Part shown: one piece after another, positions 11,063 to 19,849 of the stretch | Numbering within the stretch: the first letter of the stretch is position 1 | Layout of the letters: the number at the start of each line of letters is the position of its first letter | DNA from: Eutreptiella sp. 'Long Island Sound 2002' | Lineage: Eukaryota > Protista > Euglenida | Direction: 5' to 3' | NCBI GenBank assembly: GCA_964036045.1 | Contig: OZ038379.1 | Span: 50,468,001-50,532,000 of the forward strand | Length of the DNA: 64,000 nucleotides | The notes under the pieces: model-generated | Databases searched by the model: none | What the model was told of the DNA's origin: nothing | The model's input: the letters and a program-made list of their open reading frames with translations, nothing else | Program-made: the position numbers and the translations under genes

Positions 11063-13273
11063 TTAAAGCCCTTGGCCCCCCAGAAGAGGGGTTCTTGATT
11101 CCTGCTCAACACATGGTGCTGGGAGGCACAGCATAGAAGGTAACTTCGTCCGTCTCATGGGTTGAACACGCTGCTGCTCGTTCAAACCCGTAGGACCTTG
11201 AAATGAAGCAGCACTGTCCTCGTCCTCCGAAGGGGGTACAATATCAACTGTCGCAGGGTTAGAAACTCGGCTTTGAGGGATGGGCCCCACACGTCCCTTA
11301 CCCTTTCCCTTATCCTTTAGCGCCTTACGGCGTGCAGCACAGGACTTAAATGTGGCACGGCTCTTCAAACCCAGTTTGGGCCACTTGCGGACAGCTTCCC
11401 TGTCCGGTGGTACCCATTGACGGACACCACGCTTTGAGCCACAGATCCCACACACACATACCACATCACTCTCGGGATTTGCACCTGGAAAGGCGCATTT
11501 CACCGAACGGGTGTCTGGGTGCATATATAGGGAGCAACCACCTCCATCCTGGAAATGCAGCAAATGCTCTAAGAGGCGTTGGAAGACCACATGCCACACG
11601 GCATTGGCAGCAACCATGCCCGCCTCCAAAACAACGTTTCGTTGCACGGGCGCCCAAATTTTGGCACAGGGGATCTTCTTTTTTTTCTGCACGAACTTCT
11701 GATACAGCTCATGCTTCAAACTTTCACGAATATTGGCATCTTGCCTGGTACTAGTGACGGGGGCATATCTCTTGGCCACCCTCAGATCCCGCTCGCCGGC
11801 CTCATCGGAATACAGCATGGGTGTCCGTGGATTAAACCATGTGTGGGACCACCCATGCATATATAAGGTTGCAGTGCAACCTTCTTCAGCAAACTCGGGG
11901 ATGATGTGCACAATATATGTGTACAACGTCCCCATAGCTTGCCATGTGATAGTTGCCAGGTTATTACAACCATAGGATAGATGCACCATGTGGCAAAATG
12001 CCACCACCAAGGAATGGAAAGGCAGGGGGAGCACCATACCCCCTGCTAGTCTGCCCATGACTGTGCGGGCCTCGCGACCTGTGAGGCTAATGCCTGCCTG
12101 GAATCTACCTGGTACGTGACGCATGTGCTGCCTGCTATCAGGTGGCAAAGATCCAGGATCATACCTCCTTGCCACATGTGCTATGACCTGGAGTAGGTGA
12201 TGGTCGTAGGGCGCTCGTAGTGTTCGACCTATGACACCCAGGATCCTGGAGGGTGCTCCTTTGGTGTTGTGCAATACAGGTTGCACAATATATACCTCTT
12301 CCAGGTTAGAAACCCCCTGAAACTTATGGGACCCACGCACACCATTGAGACATCCCCCTTTGTGCAAAAAGAGTTCTCCCGCCCCATCCTTATTCACCCA
12401 GGGACACGCCACGCAGCCCTTTTGCCGGCACTCAGACCACAAATGGTGGTGATCGGCAGTGATTGCCCGGAGCCTTATCTGCAGGGTGGTGTTGTACACT
12501 GCACCAGCATACTTCATACGTTGCTTAAATTTACAAGAAGGCAGGGCTTGTAAGGCCTCTGCACGTTTGGGTAGCCACTGGCAATCACTGACCTTGGGAA
12601 GCTCTTGCCAGGTCAACATGTCTGTGCACCTAGGCACATTGCTAGAAATTGGGAACCAGTGTCCCTGGAAATCAATTATACTGATTTTTGTGTTAATATT
12701 TGGACGGCCCCGGGGCTGGTAACCGTCTGCGTAGAGGCCCAAGGTCAGGGTGGCATGGAGTGGTGGGGGTTTCTGCCGGCCTTGGGCAGCCAATGAGCCA
12801 CACTTCTGTAGAAGTAGGTGGCACAGCTGTGGTAACAACTTCCTGTTGTCCAGGGAGTAGTCCACTGCAGGAAGATGCAGGTCCTCCTGTTGCGTTAAAG
12901 CAACCATTGACCAACCAACCCCTGGTTGGAGATGGTCTAAGGTGCGCAAGACAGCGGCTGGCACCACATGCTCATGGCGAAGGCGAAGTGCAGCAGACTG
13001 GCACTCTGGTGCTTGGGTGACTGATGTGGCCTGTGTGGTAGGCAAAGGGCCAAGGGACCTACGCACAACTGTGAAGGTGCCACTTGGGGGGCGCTGTAGC
13101 TGGTCTAGGTCCTTGGCCTGCAAGGGGGTGGCCGTGGGGAAGTTCATGGCAAAGGCTGACACCATGAATTGATCAGCTGGAATAGGGCATATGCTGGCAA
13201 ATACCTCCAGCTTGGAGATCTCCCCATTCACCCATATAGCATGGTTGTTCACAACAAATTCATGGTGAAACAT
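11063..13273 (-). CDS. RAG1/Transib/Chapaev-like DDE transposase (736 aa, uninterrupted)
   Basis: Motifs appear in RAG1-core order: LYADG (D1), AITADHH (D2), GCVAC (CxxC zinc pair), PVLH, LTGREAR (cf. RAG1 NGNFAR, Transib DGNTAR), LYMHGWSH (zinc His pair, cf. NYFHKTLAH) and SDEAGERDLR (catalytic E, cf. SEGNESGNK). The ATG is 5 nt downstream of a pyrimidine-rich CAG. Confidence 0.85.
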   Translation of the reverse strand: MFHHEFVVNNHAIWVNGEISKLEVFASICPIPADQFMVSAFAMNFPTATPLQAKDLDQLQRPPSGTFTVVRRSLGPLPTTQATSVTQAPECQSAALRLRHEHVVPAAVLRTLDHLQPGVGWSMVALTQQEDLHLPAVDYSLDNRKLLPQLCHLLLQKCGSLAAQGRQKPPPLHATLTLGLYADGYQPRGRPNINTKISIIDFQGHWFPISSNVPRCTDMLTWQELPKVSDCQWLPKRAEALQALPSCKFKQRMKYAGAVYNTTLQIRLRAITADHHHLWSECRQKGCVACPWVNKDGAGELFLHKGGCLNGVRGSHKFQGVSNLEEVYIVQPVLHNTKGAPSRILGVIGRTLRAPYDHHLLQVIAHVARRYDPGSLPPDSRQHMRHVPGRFQAGISLTGREARTVMGRLAGGMVLPLPFHSLVVAFCHMVHLSYGCNNLATITWQAMGTLYTYIVHIIPEFAEEGCTATLYMHGWSHTWFNPRTPMLYSDEAGERDLRVAKRYAPVTSTRQDANIRESLKHELYQKFVQKKKKIPCAKIWAPVQRNVVLEAGMVAANAVWHVVFQRLLEHLLHFQDGGGCSLYMHPDTRSVKCAFPGANPESDVVCVCGICGSKRGVRQWVPPDREAVRKWPKLGLKSRATFKSCAARRKALKDKGKGKGRVGPIPQSRVSNPATVDIVPPSEDEDSAASFQGPTGLNEQQRVQPMRRTKLPSMLCLPAPCVEQESRTPLLGGQGL
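11110..11138 (+). repeat. Left bipartite terminal inverted repeat (CACATG-N13-CAGCATAGAA)
   Basis: Reads CACATG GTGCTGGGAGGCA CAGCATAGAA from the exact satellite breakpoint. Confidence 0.85.
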
Positions 13274-13302
13274 GGTGCCTGGGAAACAGAAGATTGCAGT
13301 AG

Positions 13303-13889
13303 GCCACTGTTCTGGTTGGTTTCAAAGAAACCATGTATGGAAAGCCCCAACCAGTACCTTTCACCAGAACCTTTTTTTGCCAGGATTGCTCCAATCAGTT
13401 TCCAGTTCCAAGGGTCCAAAGTGTGCTCGACTATCCGCCCCCTCACTCTGCGCCACTGTTTTGGTTGGTTTCAAGGAAACCACGTATGGAAAGCCCCAAC
13501 CAGTACCTTTCACCAGAACCTCCATTTGCCAGGATTGCTCCAATCAATTTCGAGATCCAAGGGTCCAAAGTGTGCTCGACTATCGCCCCCTCACTCTGCG
13601 CCACTGTTTTGGTTGGTTTCAAAGAAACCATGTATGGAAAGCCCCAACCAGTACCTTTCACCATATCCTTTTTTTGCCAGGATTGCTCCAACCAGTTTCG
13701 ACATCTAAGGGTCCAAAGTGTGCTCGACTATCCGCCCCCTCACTCTGCGCCACCGCTTTGGTTGGTTTCAAGGAAACCATGTATGGAAAGCCCCAACCAG
13801 TACCTTTCACCAGAACCTTTTTTTGCGAGGATTGCTCCAACCAGTTTCGAGATCTAAGGGTCCAAAGTGTGCTCGACTATCCGCCCCCT
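13303..13889. repeat. 149-bp tandem array 1 (~4 units) inside the transposon
   Basis: AAAGCCCCAACCAGTACC occurs at 13341, 13490, 13638 and 13787. Units are near-identical with no unique spacers. Confidence 0.97.
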
Positions 13890-13994
13890 GCCACAGGCAC
13901 AACAAGCATAAGCTAGGCAGTTCATGGTACCATTCATGGCAATTCATGGTGGTGTTGAAAAACACCGTTGGGCCCGTGGAGTGGTGGGGGCACA

Positions 13995-14525
13995 CTACAA
14001 CACAGGCGGAGGGGGTGGAGGGGGTGACGGGGCCCGGGGATATTGCGCCCACTGCTGTAGGAGGGTGGCCAGGGCCGCACGGGAAGCGGCCCTGACGACT
14101 GCCTGCCGCTGAGGGGCTGGGATGTCCCTCCAAAGGGCTCGACTGACACCCAAGTGGAGGTTGATGACACCTTGTGGGCAATCACCGAGGTCTAGCATCG
14201 ACATGTTTCCCTCCGCACGTCTCGCCCGAACGTCGTACATGCCCTGGGCGAAGACGTCCATAGGGAAGGCTAGGATAGGGGCCCGTGGTGCAGGTGGAAC
14301 CGGGGGGGGTGCAGCAGGGGCCGGAGCAGGGGCAGGGGCAGGGGCGGATAGGGTAGAGGAGGAGGCTATCTCTTCGTCCTCGACCTTGACCTTGGGGTCC
14401 TTGGCCTCCTTCGGCTCCTCCTTGGGCTCTCTCTTGAGCCTGACCCTCTTGCCCGGTCCTTCCGCTACTGCTTCTCTTTCCCGCTTCTTGCCCCCTTCTT
14501 CTCCAGATTCGCGCTTGTCTGACAT
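13995..14525 (-). CDS. Accessory ORF (~176 aa; charged N-terminus, Pro/Ala linker, possible small helical C-terminal domain)
   Basis: Open frame MSDKRESGEE...PPPVL*. The ATG is 10 nt downstream of TTGTCAG, a putative 3' splice site. No homolog was recognised. Confidence 0.55.
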   Translation of the reverse strand: MSDKRESGEEGGKKREREAVAEGPGKRVRLKREPKEEPKEAKDPKVKVEDEEIASSSTLSAPAPAPAPAPAAPPPVPPAPRAPILAFPMDVFAQGMYDVRARRAEGNMSMLDLGDCPQGVINLHLGVSRALWRDIPAPQRQAVVRAASRAALATLLQQWAQYPRAPSPPPPPPPVL

Positions 14526-14683
14526 TAACAGAAACCTGACAATCAGACAATTTGGAGTTGAAATACCAGCTACCTTGTGTGGTCCGACCCTTCGAAAATT
14601 CAATAGTCTTTGAGCAATGCCCACATCCCAACTGTCTTCCGTGGTCCGACCCTTCGAAAATGCAATACTCTTCGATCAATGCC

Positions 14684-15827
14684 AAGCCCCAACCAGTACC
14701 TTTCACCAGAACCTTCATTTGCCAGGATTGCTTCAACCAGCTTCGAGATCCAAGGGTCCAAAGTGTGCTCGACTATCCGCCCCCTCACTCTGCGCCACTG
14801 TTTTGGTAGGTTTCAAGGAAACCATGTATGGAAAGCCCCAACCAGTACCTTTCACCAGAACCTTCTTTTGGCAGGATTGCTCCAACCAGTTTCGAGATCC
14901 AAGGGTCCAAAGTGTGCTCGACTATCGCCCCCTCACTCTGCGCCACTGTTTTGGTAGGTTTCAAGGAAACCATGTATGGAAAGCCCCAACCAGTACCTTT
15001 CACCAGAACCTTCTTTTGGCAGGATTGCTCCAACCAGTTTCGAGATCTAAGGGTCCAAAGTGTGCTCGACTATCCGCCCCCTCCCTCTGCGCCACTGTTT
15101 TGGTTGGTTGCAAGGAAACCATGTATGGAAAGCCCCAACCAGTACCTTTCACCAGAACCTTTTTTTGCCGGGATTGCTCCAACCGGTTTCGAGATCTAAG
15201 GGTCCAAAGTGTGCTCGATTATCCGCCCCCTCGCTCTGCGCCACTATTTTGGTAGGTTTCAAGGAAACCATGTATGGAAAGCCCCAACCAGTACCTTTCA
15301 CTAGAACCTGCTTTTGCCAGGATTGCTCCAACCAGTTTCGAGATCCAAAGGTCCAAAGTGTGCTCCACTATCCGCCCCCTCCCTCTGCGCCACTGTTTTG
15401 GTTGGTTTCAAAGGAACCATGTATGGAAAGCCCCAACCAGTACCTTTCACCAAAACCTTTTTTTGCCAGGATTCCTCCAACCAGTTTCGAGATCCAAGGG
15501 TCCAAAGTGTGCTCGACCATCCGCCCCTTCACTCTGCGCCACTGTTTTGGTTGGTTTCAAAGAAACCATGTATGGAAAGCCCCAACCAGTACCTTTCACC
15601 AGAACCTTTTTTTGCCAGGATTGCTCCAACCAGTTTCGAGATCCAAGGGTCCAAAGTGTGCTCGACTATCCGCCCCTTCACTCTGCGCCACTGTTTTGGT
15701 TGGTTTCAAAGAAACCATGTATGGAAAGCCCCAACCAGTACCTTTCACCAGAACCTTTTTTTGCGAGGATTGCTCCAACCAGTTTCGAGATCCAAGGGTC
15801 CAAAGTGTGCTCGACTATCCGCCCCCT
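14684..15827. repeat. 149-bp tandem array 2 (~7.7 units) inside the transposon
   Basis: Same unit as array 1, with anchors at 14832, 14980, 15129, 15278, 15427, 15576 and 15725 plus a partial first unit. Confidence 0.97.
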
Positions 15828-15908
15828 GCCACAGGCACAACAAGCACAAGCTGGGCTGGAAGCATGAATGGATGCCAACAGGCAGTTCAGGTGCAGCTGC
15901 AGTTCATT

Positions 15909-18900
15909 TCAGTGCCTGGAATGGGAATATATACCTCCCTCTAAGTCCTCCCCCTCAGACTCAGGCTCAAGCTGAGGCTGTGCCTTGTGAGAGGCATCGG
16001 CCTTGGTCTCAGGGGGCACAATGAGGAGAATCAACTCCCCTGGCCCGGAATCACCCCCATGGATGAGGGGGAAGGACCTCATCCAATTGCGAGGTCGGTG
16101 GGCAGACCCCTTCACATAGTCAAGGACAGTCCTGACCTGTGTGACTATGCGAAGGGGCAGTGACCCTTGGTCCCCTGGTCCCCCTCCACTCGGGCCTACA
16201 TATGGGCTGCGGCTGATCTTCTTCCTCCTTTTACCTGAAGGGGCCCCAGAGTCAGGGGCCGCCCGCCCTCTCTTCACGCCTGTGGAGGAAACAGGCACCT
16301 TGGAATTTGAGTCTGATGACTCAGGGGCCACCTGCCCTCTCCTCACCCCTGTCGAGGAAATAGGCACGTCTGAGTCAGATGACTCAGAGTCTAAAACCAC
16401 CACCACCTCCTTCCCCTTCCCCTTCCCCCTCCCCTTACCCTTACCCTTCTCCTTCCCCTTCGCCTTACCCACTGCAATCTCTGGGGCAGAGTCTGAAGAG
16501 TCTGAATCACCCCCCCCTTCACCCCCCCCTTCCCCTTCCCCTTACCCTTACCCTTCTCCATCCCCTTCCCCTTACCCACTGCAATCTCTGGGGCAGAGTC
16601 TGAGGAGTCTGAATCACCCCCCCCCTTCCCCTTCCCCTTCCCCTTCCCTTTCCCCTTACCCACAACAGGGATAGCAGGGCCAGAATCAGGGTTCGCGATG
16701 CAAAAAAGCACCACAATGGGCACCATGTTGCTGGAGAGGGGGGCAAAGGGGACAGGCCCTTTGCCCCCCCCAACTGGGGCCTACTGCCCGGAGACTTCTT
16801 TCATCTCCTTCAGGGCCGCAGGGCCCCAGCCAGTGCGGCGGCACTTCCAGTTCCCTTTCACCTGGGCCCATGCGAGAGTTTTGTCCAGCAACTCCCGGCA
16901 CTGGCGCCCCCACATGGCAAAATGGCCCAGGGCGGGGGGGGTGTCCCAAACACTCACATGGTGGCTCATGTGTCACAAAATTATCTTAACCGCCACATAC
17001 ATGCAGTTGCGGCGGTTGCAGGAGTCGGGGGCGGTGTGCATCCTCACCGAAACCCCCCTGTCCCTCAACTTCTGGGTGTACGACCTTGAAACAGCCGTAG
17101 CTGCAAGGTCGTACACCTCCCAACCCCCAAGATGCCCTGCAGAAACCACCCCATGCAGGAGCTCCTCCTGGTGTCCCCCTGTCACCTCCCATTTCGGAAA
17201 GGGGGGGAGGGTGCTGGGGGGCATCTTGGGGAGGGGGGCCTTAAGGAGGCGGCGTTTCTTTGCCTCCTCCCAAGCCCCCCGCATTTGCCAAAGCAGATCC
17301 TCTGCCCTTCCCTGCTGGGCAGTAGCTGCTGCCCGCAGCTTTCCCTCCCTGCTCTTCACCCCCTGCCCCCCCTGCCTCTTCCCCCCCACCCCCTCCCGGA
17401 CAGCCTGCTCAGCCTTCTTGAAGGACTGGCAGGCCTGCTCAAACTGCCCTTTCAACTTGGAGTACCGATCGGCTGGTGATCGGTACTCCTTGAGGACCAG
17501 TTTCCTCAACTGGTCCGGAACCCCCAGCTCCCCACACACTGCCACACTCCGGTCAAAAATGGCCAGCTCCAGAACCACCTTGGCCAGGTTTGGGGGCATC
17601 TGCCCAATTGGAGCACGATGCTCCACTTGCCTGCGGGAGGTCACGGCCCCCCGAGTGACCCACACCACCACCCCCTCCCCCTCTGGCCCGTAGCGTGCCC
17701 CGGCCGCGAACCAGGACACTGTCTTCTTACTCAGCTGTGCAAGCACCATCTGGACTTGCACAGCTGCAACAGCCGCCAACAAAGCTGCGCAGTGGGCAGC
17801 CTGCATGCCCTTGGGGTCCTCCGCATCTTCTGCTGCGGCGGCGGGCCCTGCTGCTGCTGCTCCTGCTGCTCCTCCTACTACTAGCGCCTCCCACAAAGCG
17901 GGGGTGGCTGGCGAAGGGTTGCTGGCACCGGCAGTGCTACCGGCGCTGGGGTTCCCACTCCCAAGTTCGGCCAGTCGACCCGAGGAGATGGGGACGGCGG
18001 CAGGAGCTGGTGGCTGGGCGCGGGCAGCCAGGGCAGCAGATATGGAAGACATCAAAGCGAAAAAGAGGGCTGACGAAGACCCAACACAGTGCATCCCCAG
18101 CTTAGGCAGGGGGGGGGGGGGGCTTCTGCGCTCTCAACCTGGCCCTGGACCTTACCCTTGGCCTGCAACCATGCACCTAAGATGGTAAGTCGCTGCCGCT
18201 TTGGTGCGCCCTCGGAAGAAGGTTTGGGGGCTAGGGGCAAAAGAAACTCAATGCCCCACAAGACACCGTGCGCATGGTACGTGGGTTGCTGGTCTGTTCT
18301 GAAAACCTCACCGTCGGGGGGGGTAACCACCTTTTCCCACGTGCCTGAGGGGGCTTGGTCCCACACCCGCCAGCCGTCCTTTTCCCCGAAAACCTCTACC
18401 ACGTGTGCACCTGTGATGGTGGCTCTGAGGGCGCTGTGAATCGTTGCATGTGGGGACTCGCAGAAGGCATCGTTTATGATAACCCTCAAAACCTCGAACG
18501 GAACATGAATAAATGAGAGGGGGGGGAACTGCACGTTGCAGGTAACTACTTTTTTGGACCGCTTCTTGATCTTGGCCTCTTTGAACCAAGTAACTACATC
18601 GCTTTGGGTCCACTTTGACTCGCGAATGGTGCTGTCCGGGTGTGTGGACAGTATTGATTTCAAGTACATGTAATGTACACGCAACCTCTCTTCAGATTCC
18701 TTTGCAAAGGTCCGGTCCGTGTTGTATTTCGGATCCGGACCAACAATGCAGAGGTTTCTGTATTGTACACCGTACGAGGTCTCATGTTTGCTGGGGCTTG
18801 TCTTGCCCACAGCCTCCCGTGTCGTCAAGACACTGATTGAAAAATGCTTATGCATAAGCATAGCCAGCAAGGTATCCTTGGGCTGGATGCGGTATGCATC

Positions 18901-19160
18901 AGGGACGACCCTGTCCAAAAAAACCCTTAGCATTCTGGGTTCAATGGTCTCTGACGGCTTATGCCGCAGGCACACTGCTGCTAGGGCGTGTTGGAGGCGC
19001 GATTGTGTATCACCCGGTTCGGGAACTTCGGTATTGGCTGTGTCCGCGTCAATGAGCTCGCCCTCAAGCTCCAAATCTGGTTCCGGGAGCTGCTGAACGG
19101 GCTGGGGGGCTCAGCGGACGAAGACGAGGCACTAGCGGCACTGCCTTGACTACCAGACAT
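15909..19160 (-). CDS. Large multi-exon accessory gene (~1000 aa predicted) with 2 GT-AG introns and apparent lesions
   Basis: ATG at 19160 follows ...CAACAG|AC. Intron 18155-18070 (86 nt) joins ORFs 18052-19074 and 16973-18094 in frame (WLQAK|ALFFALM). Intron 16784-16731 (54 nt) joins the next two pieces in frame. The model needs one TGA (16975-16973) and two homopolymer frameshifts (~19110, ~16520) to be bypassed. Confidence 0.55.
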
Positions 19161-19294
19161 GTCTGTTGCAGGTGACAAAAAGTGTTCTGAGCACAAAAAG
19201 GGAATACATTAGTGAGTCTACTCAAAGGGGCCTAGGTGAGAAAGCGACACACATGCAAAAAGAAAACCACAAAAGCAGGCACAAAGCATCACAA

Positions 19295-19550
19295 GGCACA
19301 AAGGGCAAACATTCATAAGCTTGAGTACAGTGTTCTCGATGCAAGTTTGTAGGCAAAGCAGCGACCAAGGATCAAACTGGCGTTGCACATGTCAAAAGCA
19401 AAAGTCCAAATTCACAAAGGAGCACAAAGGGGAAGCAATCATAAGCTTGAGCACAGTGTTCTCCATGCAGTTTTGTAGGCAAAGCAGACAAAGGGTAGAC
19501 AAACATTAGCTTCAACGTGCTGTTCTCCATGGCATCTTGCAAGCAAGGTA
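19295..19550. repeat. Subterminal degenerate direct repeats near the right end of the transposon
   Basis: CACAAAGGG...ATAAGCTTGAG(T/C)ACAGTGTTCTC(G/C)ATGCA...TTTGTAGGCAAAGCAG occurs at ~19298 and ~19423, with a weaker third copy at ~19490. Confidence 0.75.
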
Positions 19551-19821
19551 GGCACCAAGCATCCAACCAAAATTCCACTGGGTTCGGGCTGAAAAATTTC
19601 TTCCGAGCTCTCCCGGCACGGTCGGCTGGGAAGCCCATGGAACATTCCTACCGATATTGGTTGCGTTTTGGGACCCCATCTGGCTGCCAAAACTTCCGAG
19701 CATCGTTCCAACGGTTTTCAAAAACTTCCAAGCGACGGACCGAAGCATATCGCATGCACGTCGGTACAGATTTCCTAAAATTGCCACCGGTAACCGGACA
19801 ATATTGGTCTCTCTTTCAATG

Positions 19822-19849
19822 TTCTATGCTGGCACCGGTGGTACATGTG
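19822..19849 (-). repeat. Right bipartite terminal inverted repeat (CACATG-N12-CAGCATAGAA)
   Basis: The reverse complement reads CACATG TACCACCGGTGC CAGCATAGAA from the exact satellite breakpoint. Confidence 0.85.

Larger units (their letters stand above)
11110..19849 (-). mobile_element. 8.74-kb RAG1/Transib/Chapaev-like DNA transposon with accessory genes
   Basis: Satellite homology stops at ...CCTGCTCAA (11109) and resumes at AGGGAACGCCG (19850); the empty site CTCAAGGGAACGCCG is at 28311. Both ends begin CACATG in inverted orientation, and the element encodes a DDE transposase. Confidence 0.9.

Noticed and set aside
13303-15827. CRISPR-like or guide array next to a nuclease-fold gene
   Set aside because: The whole 149-bp units are near-identical, with no unique spacers between repeats. 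This is a plain tandem array.
13169-16024. Many overlapping ORFs across the 149-bp arrays
   Set aside because: They are by-products of a stop-poor repeat whose length is not a multiple of three, so the frames rotate in each unit.
16973-16975. UGA reassigned to Trp in the host (in-frame TGA here and at the gag-YR junction)
   Set aside because: The long intact ORFs use TGG for Trp with no internal TGA, and gag, YR and pol all end in TGA.
15909-19160. RAG2-like partner for the RAG1-like transposase
   Set aside because: No kelch-repeat GG/Y/W pattern or PHD finger is visible in any accessory ORF.
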